Below the pieces are notes generated by a model that saw only the letters and a list, made by a program, of their open reading frames with translations, was not told where the DNA came from and did no database searches. 64,000 bases of DNA. Origin: Dendrobates tinctorius (lineage: Eukaryota). Shown one piece after another: positions 24,510 to 39,538 of the stretch; position 1 is the first letter of the stretch; each line of letters opens with the position of its first letter. The position numbers and the translations under genes are program-made. Where the stretch lies: the NCBI RefSeq assembly GCF_039654945.1, contig NW_027361792.1, forward strand, positions 124,001 through 188,000, given 5' to 3'.

Positions 24510-26182
24510 GTATCACCCTGCGACACCTCATCCAATCGTTCCCTATAGCGTCACCCTGCGACACCTCATCCAATCGTTCCCTATAGCGTCACACTGCGAC
24601 ATCTCATCCAATCGTTCCCTATGGCGTCACACTGCGACATCGCATCTAATAGCTCCCTATGGCTTCACCCTGCGACACCTCATCCAATCGTTCCCTATAG
24701 CGTCACACTGCGACATCTCATCCAATCGTTCCCTATGGCGTCACACTGCGACATCGCATCTAATAGCTCCCTATGGCTTCACCCTGCGACACCTCATCCA
24801 ATCGTTCACTACGGCTTCACCCTGCGACATCTCAATCGTACCCTACGGCGTCACCCTGCGACATCTCATCCAATTGTTCCCTATAGCGTCACTGCGACAT
24901 CGCATCTAATCATTCCCTATGGCTTCACCCTGCGACATCTCATCCAATCGTTCCCTACGGCGTCACCCTGCGACACCTCATCCAATCGTTCCCTACGGCG
25001 TCACCCTGCGACACCTCATCCAATCGTTCCCTATAGCGTCACACTGCGACATCTCATCCAATCGTTCCCTATGGCGTCACACTGCGACATCGCATCTAAT
25101 AGCTCCCTATGGCTTCACCCTGCGACACCTCATCCAATCGTTCACTACGGCTTCACCCTGCGACATCTCAATCGTACCCTACGGCGTCACCCTGCGACAT
25201 CTCATCCAATTGTTCCCTATAGCGTCACTGCGACATCGCATCTAATCATTCCCTATGGCTTCACCCTGCGACATCTCATCCAATCGTTCCCTACGGCGTC
25301 ACCCTGCGACATCTCATCCAATCGTTCCCTACGGCGTCACCCTGCGACACCTCATCCAATCGTTCCCTATAGCGTCACTGCGACATCGCATCTAATCATT
25401 CCCTATGGCTTCACCCTGCGACATCTCATCCAATCGTTCCCTATAGCGTCACACTGCGACATCGCATCTAATAGCTCCCTATGGCTTCACCCTGCGACAT
25501 CTCATCCAATCGTTCCCTACGGCGTCACCCTGCGACATCTCATCCAATCGTTCCCTACGGCGTCACCCTGCGACATCTCATCCAATCGTTCCCTACGGCG
25601 TCACCCTGCGACATCTCATCCAATCGTTCCCTACGGCGTCACCCTGCGACATCTCATCCAATCGTTCCCTACGGCGTCACCCTGCGACATCTCATCCAAT
25701 CGTTCCCTACGGCGTCACCCTGCGACATCTCATCCAATCGTTCCCTACGGCGTCACACTGCGACATCGCATCTAATCGTTCTCTACGGCTTCACCCTGCG
25801 ACATCTCATCCAATCGTTCCCTACGGCGTCACCCTGCGACACCTCATCCAATAGTTCCCTAAGGCGTCACCCTGCGACACCTCATCCAATAGTTCCCTAC
25901 GGCGTCACCCTGCGACATCTCATCCAATCGTTCCCTACGGCGTCACCCTGCGACACCTCATCCAATCGTTCCCTACGGCGTCACCCTGCGACACCTCATC
26001 CAATCGTTCCCTACGGCGTCACCCTGCGACATCTCATCCAATCGTTCCCTATGGCTTCACCCTGCGACACCTCATCCAATCGTTCCCTACGGCGTCACCC
26101 TGCGACACCTCATCCAATCCTTCCCTACGGCGTCACCCTACGACATCTCATCCAATCGTTCCCTACGGCGTCACCCTGCGAC
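24510..26182. repeat. Minisatellite, 38-bp unit (cgtcaccctgcgacatctcatccaatcgttccctacgg), ~44 copies
   Basis: Direct periodicity with interspersed variant units. Confidence 0.97.
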
Positions 26183-27126
26183 GTGTTGGTTTCTTTCACA
26201 GGTCGCACACAGTCTTGGATGTAAGTTGCCTGAGACTCTCCTGCGATTTGGCCATTTATTCACTTTGCAGTCAGATGAGCTGCAGAACTTTCGGTTACCC
26301 CTCAACATGTAGCCCCAACCTAAAGTGTTCAGCTGTCATGCGGAGCCCTCCTTATGTGAGTCACCCAGAAGTTACGGGGTACTCCTGTCTGACGTTACGG
26401 GGTACTCCTGTCTGACGTTACAGGGGGACCCTTCTGTCAGATGCGCCATATATGATACGTGGGGTCCACAATGTAGCAGCCAGAATGTAAAAGCAAGCGC
26501 ACCTCCCCACACTGAAATGTCTGCTAATTAGGGAATCAGCAGCCCCTCTCCTGCCTCTTCCTGTGTGCTCACCTTGCTGATTGGGGGGGGTGTTTCTGGC
26601 GCCCACCTATACACCCTTTATAGAATCTCCACTTTCACCAGGTCCTCTCTCATGGCCCATTACACCACGCATTGCACAAAACTGACCGGGGCAGTCACGG
26701 ATTGCTGGGGGTCCCCCACCAGTGGCTCCTTGCCCCCCACTCCGGATGGCTCCGGACCCCTGCGCAGCTGCTTATTGCCTGTACAAAGCGTCAGCGTAAC
26801 ACAATAGTTACACTTGTAAGTATCAGTGACTATTCTCTTCGTTTCCTTCTGTATTCAAGTTTCTTCCTTAAAAAAAATGTTCGGGGCCATGTTCTTATCT
26901 TAAATAAATGTGTTGTTTAATAAAATTTATTTTTATAATTTGGTTTCTTCACAAGTTTTGAACCTCGGTGGGGCAGTGTCTATTGCAGGCTGTAGAATGA
27001 GGTAACTGAGAATCTGTCAGTGAGCTCTTCTGACAGGCGTGGGGATGTGCACACAGTGGTTTTTGAGGCTGTGAGTAATTTGGAGCGTTCCCCATCAGCA
27101 GAAAAACACTAAAAAGACCGAACATA

Positions 27127-28720
<1,594 letters not shown>

Positions 28721-29439
28721 TATGCACAGCAAAATGGTCTCACAACAGGAATAAAAGGCAAGAGTCTCTCACATGATCTTACAGGTGTATTTTGGAGCAC
28801 ACCTACACCAAAATATCTAAAACTATGGGTACACATACCCCGACTCTTATCCTTGTGCCTCTCAGCTCCTTGCAGATGATTTGTGACTAGTTAATGCAGA
28901 ATAAGCTCACTGATTGCTTCCCAGTTGCCTCACTCTGCAGCCATCAATGATGCTGTAATTATTTATTTTTTTTTACATTTTTGGATAAAACTCCCCCGTC
29001 TTCTCCAGCCTCTATGTATATCAGTGCATAGCAGACTACGGAGTGTCTGTAGCCCTTATCGCCTCTTTAGGTCCTCAGGCTGGAAGAAGCACTAGCGAGT
29101 GCGAACCGGCCGTCACCTGCACGGGCATCGCAGGATTCCCCTTTCCCATCATGTGGGGAGCGCCGCTGGAAATTCTTCATCCCTGACATGAATGTCTGGA
29201 GGCTTTCTCTACGGCTGAGCCCCTCCTGAGGGAGGAAGATGGTGAGTGCAAATGGTCACGGAGAACGTAACGGATCGGAGAAGTTAAAGTGATTCACGTT
29301 AGTGCAAAGTGGGGGGGGGGCTTTCTCCTTTTCTGTGATCTTAGATCTCTTCTGAACCTTCTTCTAAGCTGATTTATGACAAGGTGAAAGTTAGAAGATG
29401 AATCAGTAGAAGAGATAAGGACTACAGAGCAGTGAATGA

Positions 29440-29790
29440 GCTCACTGACTGATCACTGGTAACTCATTCTGCTATGTACAGTGATACATAGAGGATGGAG
29501 AAGAGAATTACAGAGCTCACTGACAACTCATTCTGCTATCTACAGTGATACATAGGGGATGGAGAAGATAAATATGTATTACAGAGCTCACTGGTAACTC
29601 ATTCTGCTATGTACAGTGATACATAGGGGATGGAGAAGATAAATATGTATTACAGACCTCACTGGTAACTCATTCTGCTATGTACAGTGATACATAGGGG
29701 ATGGAGAAGAGAAATACGTATTACAGCGCTCACTGGCTGATCACTGGAAACTCATTCTGCTATGTACAGTGATGCGTAGAAGATGAAGAG
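29440..29790. repeat. Tandem repeat, ~62-75-bp unit (aactcattctgctatgtacagtgatacataggggatggagaag...), ~5 copies
   Basis: Direct periodicity. Confidence 0.85.
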
Positions 29791-30259
29791 ACAAAGATTA
29801 CAGGCCAGAGATTGCGCTCATTGATGGATGCAGTCTTTGATTAACCATTATACCTAGAGTATGCAGAAGACATGTTATAAATTTTGTAATGAAACCCTGT
29901 AACAATTCTCCTCCTCACATGTGCCTATCTGTGAATTTACACTGAAGAGGCAGGAGCACATGGCCCATCACTAATATGGGGGGGCTCCGGTCTGGGGGGC
30001 CAGTGCACGTCCCCCCTATGTCAGTGGACACCACAGTCGTCGGGTAATTGTGGGGTCAGGTATTCAGATTTGTCAGCAGATATATGCAGAAAATGCATTG
30101 TACCGGGAAGGATGTGGAACAGGTCGCACGTAACATCCAGTGTAGGGAGGAAGGTGGTGCCAGAAGGTGAGAAATGACAGCCAGACGGACCGTCTATAGA
30201 TCTGCACCACATGTACAATACACACATACACGACAGGCACACGTGGACCCAGAAACACG

Positions 30260-30265
30260 TTTATT
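30260..30265 (-). terminator. Probable PTPMT1 polyadenylation signal
   Basis: AATAAA on the minus strand 35 nt after the stop, followed by GT-rich sequence. Confidence 0.55.
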
Positions 30266-30299
30266 TAGAAAATCAACTCTAGAAAAGTTCAGCGTTGTG

Positions 30300-30443
30300 T
30301 CACCCTCCATGTCCCGGAGAGTCCGAATTAGTCACTAAGAGATAGAACCTCTCCAGCATTTGGTGCTGCCGACTGCGGATCAGGATATGGGGACGGATTT
30401 CTGCTATGAAGGCGCCGGCAACATCCGGTTTCCACTTATATCT
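30300..30443 (-). CDS. PTPMT1: Phosphatidylglycerophosphatase / mitochondrial protein-tyrosine phosphatase 1, exon 4
   Basis: RYKWKPDVAGAFIAEIRPHILIRSRQHQMLERFY...*; poly-T/cag acceptor; phase 0. Confidence 0.9.
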   Translation of the reverse strand, partial: RYKWKPDVAGAFIAEIRPHILIRSRQHQMLERFYLLVTNSDSPGHGG

Positions 30444-30674
30444 CTGCAAGAATAAAAAAAACAAAAAATGGTGGCAGTGCTCCAGAATCGTAACGTACAG
30501 AATCCAGTGTGCAATCTGAGAAAACAGTAACCGATAGCGCTCAATGCCAGGCGGCTGCAAGGAAAGCTTATCAAATTCATCGTCTAGCACAAGGTATATT
30601 CCTGAGATGTAATATGCGGGGTTACTATGATGGCTGCTGTAATCAGGACTCATGTCGTATTGCCAAAGGATATA

Positions 30675-31694
30675 CAGTGGCTTGTGAATGTATTCACCCC
30701 CTTTGTCATTTTTATGTGTTTTGCTACCTCGCAACCTGGAATTTGACTTTTTTTAGGGTTTACATCAGTTCATGTAAATTACATACCGACAACTGTGAAC
30801 ATTGGGTTTTCTTTTTGTGAAGCAAACAACAAATAGGACAAAATAACTGAAAACTTCAGTGTGCATAACTATTCACTCCCCCTAAACTCAGAACTTTGTA
30901 GATCCTCCTTTTGAAATAATTACAGCTGCAGTCGCTATGAACTTTCCACTGGGATTTTTGCCCATTCCTCAAGGCAGAACTGCTCCAGCTCCTTCAGGCT
31001 AGATGTTTCCTCTGGTGAACAGCGATCTTCACTTATGACCACAGATTCTCCACTGGACTAAGGTCTGGGCTGTGACTCGGCCGCTCCAGAACATTTACAA
31101 GTTTCCCCTTACACCCCTCCCGTGTTGCTTTAGCAGTATACGCTTTGGGTCATTGCCTTGTTGGAAGGTCCCAGGCCCAGTCTCACATCACTGACTGAAA
31201 CAGGTTTTGCTCTACAATATTCTGTGTTTCTCACCATCCATCTTCCCCTCAACTCTGACCCTTTTCCCTGTCCCTGCTGCCTAGAAACCTCCCAACAGCA
31301 TGATGCTGCCACCATGTTTCACTGTGGGGATGGTGTTCTTGGGGTGATGATCTGTGTTGGTTTGCCACCAGACATAGAGTTTACCTTGGTGGCCAAAAAG
31401 TTCAATTTTTGTCTCATGTGACCATACCACCTTCCTCCATACACTTGGGGAGACGCCCCCAACACGTGTTTTGACAAACTCAAAGCGACCCTTACTATTA
31501 TTGTGTGCAAGTAAAGGGTGTTTTCTGCCCTCTCTTCCATAAAGGCCGGCTCCATAGAGTTTTTGGTTTCTTGTAGTCGTATATTTCTAGTGCTGACGCG
31601 TCACACGCAAATCTGATTACAAAATATTTACACAGGTTTTAACGCAACAAAACAGGTAAAAAGCCAAGGGAGTGAATACTTTCGGAGGCCATTG
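30675..31694 (-). mobile_element. Internally deleted, decayed Tc1-like element in PTPMT1 intron 3
   Basis: TA|CAGTGGCTTGTGAATGTATTCACCCCC end and matching inverted end gggagtgaatactttcggaggccattg; minus-strand remnant [14 protein letters not shown]. Confidence 0.8.
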
Positions 31695-31764
31695 TGTAGA
31701 GAGGTGAGCATTAATGTAATGAGGACCCTAATGGGATAAATCCGGGATTAGTGGCAGGTCTTAC

Positions 31765-31956
31765 CTCTATCAGGTAAGCAGCCACCATTGTGGCGCTGCG
31801 GGAGCGGCCGGCCTTACAGTGGATGTAGACGCTGTTGCCCATTGTCCTATGCTTGTGAACAAACTCTACCCCCTTCTGTAGGTGCTCGAGGGTGGGAACC
31901 CCGGTGAAGTCAACGGTGCTGAGCCTCAGCTGTTCCACCCCCAAAGCTTCCCACTC
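31765..31956 (-). CDS. PTPMT1: PTPMT1 exon 3 (catalytic CX5R motif HCKAGRSRS)
   Basis: EWEALGVEQLRLSTVDFTGVPTLEHLQKGVEFV...VYIHCKAGRSRSATMVAAYLIE; ccag| acceptor, |GTAAGA donor, 192 nt. Confidence 0.96.
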
Positions 31957-32319
31957 CTGGAAAGAGAAGAGCGATTGAGAAACGCATGGAGGGGTACAAG
32001 TGGATAGCAGACTAATATGTGGGGGGCAAAGTCAAGGGTGAAGAGAAGACATCCATAGGATAAGGGATACGTTATTGATCGATGGAGGTCCGACCCCTGG
32101 GACCTGCACCATCTGGCAGAGCAGGACTCTTTTGTCCCAGTAGAATCGAGTGGTACACATGCTCGAGCGCCGCTGCATTCACGCTCTACGCGCTGCACCC
32201 TGCTGTCTCCAGCAGCTCCAGAGAGAATGAATGGAGCAGAGTCCGGGGGTCCGAACATTTTGTAACAGGGAGTACTGATCCTGAGAATGATGGGGATGCG
32301 AGGCTGGTAGAGCACTCAG

Positions 32320-35300
32320 CCCATCCAGCAGGAGACTGCAGCCGACCGACTGTGCAGGGGATACAGTGCAGAGAGTGCGCCCAGACTGTGCAGAGGATGC
32401 AGAGCAGTGCTCCAGTGTATCCAACTGTACAGGAGACTGCAGCCGACCCAACTGTGCAGGGGATACAGTGCAGAGAGTGCGCCCAGACTGTGCAGAGGAT
32501 GCAGAGCAGTGCTCCAGTGTATCCAACTGTACAGGAGAATGCAGCCGACCCGACTGTGCAGGGGATACAGTGCAGAGAGTGCGCCCAGACTGTGCAGAGG
32601 ATGCAGAGCAGTGCTCCAGTGTATCCAACTGTACAGGAGACTGCAGCCGACCCAACTGTGCAGGGGATACAGTGCAGAGAGTGCGCCCAGACTGTGCAGA
32701 GGATGCAGAGCAGTGCTCCAGTGTATCCAACTGTACAGGAGACTGCAGCCGACCCGACTGTGCAGGGGATACAGTGCAGAGAGTGCGCCCAGACTGTGCA
32801 GAGGATGCAGAGCAGTGCTCCAGTGTATCCAACTGTACAGGAGACTGCAGCCGACCCAACTGTGCAGGGGATACAGTGCAGAGAGCACGCCTAGACTGTG
32901 CAGAGGATGCAGAGCAGTCCTCCAATGTATCCAACTGTACAGGAGACTGCAGCCGACCCGACACTGCAGGGGATACAGTGCAGAGAGTGCACCCAGACTG
33001 TGCAGAGGATGCAGAGCAGTGCTCCAGTGTATCCAACTGTACAGGAGACTGCAGCCAACCCAACTGTGCAGGGGATACAGTGCAGAGAGTGCGCCTAGAC
33101 TGTGCAGAGGATGCAGAGCAGTCCTCCAATGTATCCAACTGTACAGGAGACTGCAGCCGACCCGACACTGCAGGGGATACAGTGCAGAGAGTGCACCCAG
33201 ACTGTGCAGAGGATGCAGAGCAGTGCTCCAGTGTATCCAACTGTACAGGAGACTACAGCCGACCCGACACTGCAGGGGATACAGTGCAGAGAGTGCACCC
33301 AGACTGTGCAGAGAATGCAGAGCAGTGCTCCAGTGTATCCAACTGTACAGGAGACTGCAGCCGACACGACTGTGCACAGGATACAGTGCAGAGTGTGCAC
33401 CCTGACTGTGCAGAGGATGCAGAGCAGTGCTCCAGTGTATCCACCTGTACAGGAGACTGCAGCCGACACGACTGTGCACGGGATACAGTGCAGAGAGTGC
33501 ACCCAGACTGTGCAGAGGATGCAGAGCAGTGCTCCAGTGTATCCAACTGTACAGGAGACTACAGCCGACCCGACACTGCAGGGGATACAGTGCAGAGAGT
33601 GCACCCAGACTGTGCAGAGGATGCAGAGCATTCCTCCAGTGTATCCAACTGTACAGGAGACTGCAGCCGACACGACTGTGCAGGGGATACAGTGCAGAGA
33701 GTGCAGCCAGACTGTGCAAAGGATGCAGAGCAGTGCTCCAGTGTATCCAACTGTACAGGAGACTGCAGCCGACACGACTGTGCAGGGGATACAGTGCAGA
33801 GAGTGCAGCCAGACTGTGCAGAGGATGCAGAGCAGTGCTCCAGTGTATCCAACTGTACAGGAGACTGCAGCCGACACGACTGTGCAGGGGATACAGTGCA
33901 GAGAGTGCACCCAGACTGTGCAGAGGATGCAGAGCAGTGCATCCAACTGTACAGGAGAATGCAGCCGACCCGACTGTGCAGGGGATACAGTGCTGACAGT
34001 GTGCCCAGACTGTGCAGAGGATGCAGAGCAGTGCTCCAGTGTATCCACCTGTACAGGAGACTGCAGCCGACACGACTGTGCACGGGATACAGTGCAGAGA
34101 GTGCACCCAGACTGTGCAGAGGATGCAGAGCAGTGCTCCAGTGTATCCAACTGTACAGGAGACTACAGCCGACCCGACACTGCAGGGGATACAGTGCAGA
34201 GAGTGCACCCAGACTGTGCAGAGGATGCAGAGCATTCCTCCAGTGTATCCAACTGTACAGGAGACTGCAGCCGACACGACTGTGCAGGGGATACAGTGCA
34301 GAGAGTGCAGCCAGACTGTGCAAAGGATGCAGAGCAGTGCTCCAGTGTATCCAACTGTACAGGAGACTGCAGCCGACACGACTGTGCAGGGGATACAGTG
34401 CAGAGAGTGCAGCCAGACTGTGCAGAGGATGCAGAGCAGTGCTCCAGTGTATCCAACTGTACAGGAGACTGCAGCCGACACGACTGTGCAGGGGATACAG
34501 TGCAGAGAGTGCACCCAGACTGTGCAGAGGATGCAGAGCAGTGCATCCAACTGTACAGGAGAATGCAGCCGACCCGACTGTGCAGGGGATACAGTGCTGA
34601 CAGTGTGCCCAGACTGTGCAGAGGATGCAGAGCAGTGCTCCAGTGTATCCAACTGTACAGGAGACTGCAGCCGACCCGACACTGCAGGGGATACAGTGCA
34701 GAGAGTGCAGCCAGACTGTGCAGAGGATGCAGAGCAGTGCTCCAGTGTATCCAACTGTACAGGAGACTGCAGCCGACACGACTGTGCAGGGGATACAGTG
34801 CAGAGAGTGCACCCAGACTGTGCAGAGGATGCAGAGCAGTGCATCCAACTGTACAGGAGAATGCAGCCGACCCGACTGTGCAGGGGATACAGTGCTGACA
34901 GTGTGCCCAGACTGTGCAGAGGATGCAGAGCAGTGCTCCAGTGTATCCAACTGTACAGGAGACTGCAGCCGACCCGACACTGCAGGGGATACAGTGCAGA
35001 GAGTGCACCCAGACTGTGCAGAGGATGCAGAGCAGTGCTCCAGTGTATCCAACTGTACAGGAGACTGCAGCCGACACGACTGTGCAGGGGATACAGTGCA
35101 GAGAGTGCACCCAGACTGTGCAGAGGATGCAGAGCAGTGCTCCAGTGTATCCAACTGTACAGGAGAATGCAGCCGACACGACACTGCAGGGGATACAGTG
35201 CAGAGAGTGCACCCAGACTGTGCAGAGGATGCAGAGCAGAGCTCCAGTGTATCCAACTGTACAGGAGAATGCAGCCGACCCAACTGTGCAGGGGATACAG

Positions 35301-37340
35301 TGCAGACAGTGTGCCCAGACTGTGCAGAGGATGCAGAGCAGTGCTCCAGTGTATCCAACTGTACAGGAGACTGCAGCCAACACGACTGTGCAGGGGATAC
35401 AGGGCAGAGAGTGCGCCCAGACTGTGCAGAGGATGCAGAGCAGTGCTCCAGTGTATCCAACTGTACAGGAGACTGCAGCCGACCCGACACTGCCGGGCAT
35501 ACAGGGCAGAGAGTGCGCCTAGACTGTGCAGAGGATGCAGAGCAGTGCATCCAACTGTACAGGAGAATGCAGCCGACCCGACTGCAGGGGATACAGTGCT
35601 GACAGTGTGCCCAGACTGTGCAGAGGATGCAGAGCAGTGCTCCAGTGTATCCAACTGTACAGGAGACTGCAGCCGACGCGACACTGCAGGGGATACAGTG
35701 CAGAGAGTGCACCCAGACTGTGCAGAGGATGCAGAGCAGTGCTCCAGTGTATCCAACTGTACAGGAGAATGCAGCCGACCCAACTGTGCAGGGGATACAG
35801 TGCAGACAGTGCGCCCAGACTGTGCAGAGGATGCAGAGCAGTGCTCCAGTGTATCCAACTGTACAGGAGACTGCAGCCGACCCAACACTGCAGGGCATAC
35901 AGGGCAGAGAGTGCGCCTAGACTGTGCAGAGGATGCAGAGCAGTGCTCCAGTGTATCCAACTGTACAGGAGAATGCAGCCGACCCTAATGTGCAGGGGAT
36001 ACAGTGCAGAGAGTGCACCCAGACTGTGCAGAGGATGCAGAGCATTCCTCCAGTGTATCCAACTGTACAGGAGAATGCAGCCGACCCGACACTGCAGGGG
36101 ATACAGTGCAGAGAGTGCACCCAGACTGTGCAGAGGATGCAGAGCAGTGCTCCAGTGTATCCAACTGTACAGGAGAATGCAGCCGACACGACTGTGCAGG
36201 GGATACAGTGCAGACAGTGCGCCCAGACTGTGCAGAGGATGCAGAGCAGTGCTCCAGTGTATCCAACTGTACAGGAGAATGCAGCCGACCCAACTGTGCA
36301 GGGGATACAGTGCAGACAGTGCGCCCAGACTGTGCAGAGGATGCAGAGCAGTGCTCCAGTGTATCCAACTGTACAGGAGACTGCAGCCGACCCAACACTG
36401 CAGGGCATACAGGGCAGAGAGTGCGCCTAGACTGTGCAGAGGATGCAGAGCAGTGCTGCAGTGTATCCAACTGTAAAGGAGAATGCAGCCGACCCGACTG
36501 TGCAGGGGATACAGTGCAGACAGTGTGCCCAGACTGTGCAGAGGATGCAGAGCAGTGCTCCAGTGTATCCAACTGTACAGGAGACTGCAGCCGACACGAC
36601 TGTGCAGGGGATACAGTGCAGACAGTGTGCCTAGACTGTGCAGAGGATGCAGAGCAGTGCTCCAGTGTATCCAACTGTACAGGAGACTGCAGCCGACACG
36701 ACTGTGCAGGGGATACAGGGCAGAGAGTGCACCCTGACTGTGCAAGAGGATGCAGAGCAGTGCTCCAGTGTATCCACCTGTACAGGAGACTGCAGCCGAC
36801 ACGACTGTGCAGGGGATACAGTGCAGAGAGCGTGCCTAGACTGTGCAGAGGATGCAGAGCAGTGCTCCAGTGTATCCAACTGTACAGGAGACTGCAGCCG
36901 ACACGACTGTGCAGGAGATACAGGGCAGAGAGTGCACCCTGACTGTGCAAGAGGATGCAGAGCAGTGCTCCAGTGTATCCACCTGTACAGGAGACTGCAG
37001 CCGACACGACTGTGCAGGGGATACAGGGCAGAGAGTGCACCCTGACTGTGCAAGAGGATGCAGAGCAGTGCTCCAGTGTATCCACCTGTACAGGAGACTG
37101 CAGCCGACACGACTGTGCAGGGGATACAGTGCAGAGAGTGCACCCTGACTGTGCAAGAGGATGCAGAGCAGTGCTCCAGTGTATCCAACTGTACAGGAGA
37201 CTGCAGCCGACACGACTGTGCAAGGGATACAGTGCAGAGAGTGCACCCTGACTGTGCAAGAGGATGCAGAGCAGTGCTCCAGTGTATCCAACTGTACAGG
37301 AGACTGCAGCCGACACGACTGTGCAAGGGATACAGTGCAG
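32320..37340. repeat. Tandem satellite, 102-bp unit (acaggagactgcagccgacccgactgtgcaggggatacagtgcagagagtgc...tccagtgtatccaactgt), ~49 copies, PTPMT1 intron 2
   Basis: 34-aa periodicity in the ORFs; 94- and 103-bp variants; block duplications (~604-bp period). Confidence 0.97.
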
Positions 37341-37341
37341 A

Positions 37342-39201
37342 CAGGGGTGAAAATAAGTATTTTATACGCTGCTGATATTGCACATTTTCCCACTTACCAA
37401 GAACGGAGAGGTCTGTAATTTTTATCATAGGTACACTTCACCTGAGAGAGACGAAATCTAACAATAAAAAACAGAAAAATCACATTGTAGGATTGTTACA
37501 TAATTAATATGTTTTTTGCATGAAATAAGCATTTGATCACCGACCAACCAGTGAGAATCCTGGCTCTCACAGACCTGATAGGCTATGTCCACACGGTCAG
37601 TAACCGGCAGCGCTTTGGATGCAGGTGATTCCGTATGTGTTCACTGAACCGTGCGAAATCCCCACCGCCTATCCATAGATTGAGCGTCTCCGCAAGATAA
37701 ATAGACATGCTGCGGTCTGGAAAAACGCACTGCATGTCAGTCTTCGCAGGGAAGCCGCGGGTGTCGGAGCATGCATAGTGGGCATAGGATTTCTTGAAAT
37801 CCCAATCACTATGTTTTAAAATCTGGCCGCTGCGGATGTACGCAGCGCCCAACCCACAGCATTTACTGACCCTTAGTTTTCTATAAGAAGCCTTCTAGTC
37901 TGCTCTCATTACCTGGATTAATTGCACCTGTTTGATCTTGTTACCCGTATAAAATACATCTGTCCACACAATCAAGCGCCAACCTCTCCACCATGGCCAA
38001 GACCAAAGAGCTGTCTAAGGACACCAGTGACAAAATTGTAGACCTGCATAAGGCTGGGATGGGCTACAGGACAATGGGTAAGCAGCTTGATGAGAAGGCA
38101 ACAATATTAGAAAATGGAAGAAACACAAGGTGACTGTCAATCTTCCTCGGTCTGGGGCTCCATGCAAGATCTCGCCCCGTGGGGTAAGGATGATTATGAG
38201 AAAGGTCAGGAATCAGCCCAGAACTACACGGGAGGCCCTGGTCAATGACCTGGAGAGAGCTCGGACCACAGTCTCAAACATTACCGCTAGTGACACACTA
38301 CTCCATCATGGATTAAAATTCTGCAGGGCAACCTAGGTCCCCCTGCCCGCGCCAGCACATGTCCAGGCCTGTTTGAAGTTCACTAGTGACCATCTGGATG
38401 AACCAGAGGAAGCATGGGAGAAGGTCATGTGGTCAGATGAAACCAAAATAGAACTTCTTGGTATCAACTCCACTCGCCATGTTTGGAGGAAGATGAAGAA
38501 GGATGAGAACAACCCCAAGAACACCATCCCAACCGTGAAGCATAGTGGGGGAAACATCATACTTTGGGGGTGCTTTTCTATAAAAGGGTTAAGACGACTG
38601 CACCGTAGTGAAGGGAGGTTGCATGGGGTCATGTATTGCGAGATTTTGGCCAACAACCTCATTCCCTCAGTAAGAGCATTGAAGATGGGTCGTGGCTGGG
38701 TCTTCCAGCATGACAATGACCCGAAACAGAGCCAGGGCAGCTAAGGAGCAGATACGCAAGAAGCATTTCAAGGTCCTAGAGTCGCCTAGCCAGTCTCCAG
38801 ACCTGAACCCAATAGGACATCTTTGGAGGAGCTGAAACTCAATGTTGTCCAGTGACAGCCGAGAAACCTGAAAGATCTGGAGAAGATCTGTATGGAGGAG
38901 GGGGCCAAAATCCCTGCTGCAGAGTGTGCCAACCTGATCAAGAACTACAGGAAACATCTGACCTCTGTAACTGCAAACAAGGTTTCTGCACCAAATATTA
39001 TTGTATCAAATACTTATTTCATGCGATAAAATGCAAATTAATTATGTAAAAGTCATACAATGTGATCTTCTGAATCTTATTGTTAGACTCTGTCTCTCAC
39101 AGGTGAAGTGTACCCACGAGAAAAATTACAGACCTCTCCATTCCGTGTAGGGGGGAAATGTGCAAAATCAGCAGTGGATCAAATACTTCTCTTCCCCACT
39201 G
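37342..39201 (+). mobile_element. Decayed Tc1 transposon with ~200-bp IR/DR-type TIRs
   Basis: Long diverged inverted ends; transposase pseudogene from ATG ~37993 ([11 protein letters not shown]...WSDETKIEL...[15 protein letters not shown]...FQHDNDPK) with stops and frameshifts. Confidence 0.92.
37581..37872. mobile_element. Harbinger-like MITE nested in the Tc1 5' region
   Basis: ggctatgtccacacggtcagtaa ... ttactgacc inverted ends; interrupts the Tc1 leader. Confidence 0.5.
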
Positions 39202-39357
39202 TTCAGTGCTCCCGTGTTTCCCACTGTACAGGAGACTGCTCCGGACTGCGCAGGGGATAAGCACTGCAGACGATGCACAGCGACGTCCCCTCCGCTCTCA
39301 GGATTAGTGGGGGTCCCAGCGCTTGGTCATACCTTACTGATTTCAGGACAGACGCAC

Positions 39358-39438
39358 CTGAGACGAGGGGCTGAGGAGTCTGGTTTCATATTCTTCATTC
39401 ATAGTGATGACTCCACGTACGTTCTCTTCTTTAATTAA
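39358..39438 (-). CDS. PTPMT1: PTPMT1 exon 2 (81 nt, LIKEENVRGVITMNEEYETRLLSPSSQ; EEYE loop)
   Basis: ttttgcag| acceptor, CAG|GTGCGT donor; characteristic VRGVITMNEEYETR; absent from the ORF track. Confidence 0.94.
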
Positions 39439-39538
39439 CTGCAAAAGACGTCACTGTCATTAGCAAATACAAAGAACCGAAGGTGGAAATGACCCCAGCA
39501 GCGCAGAGGCCACGGCGCCGATGAAGCAAATACAAACC

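Noticed and set aside
32082-37428. Cys-rich ORFs resembling keratin-associated or metallothionein-like proteins
   Set aside because: 102-bp satellite in PTPMT1 intron 2, open in most frames, with frameshifting unit variants.
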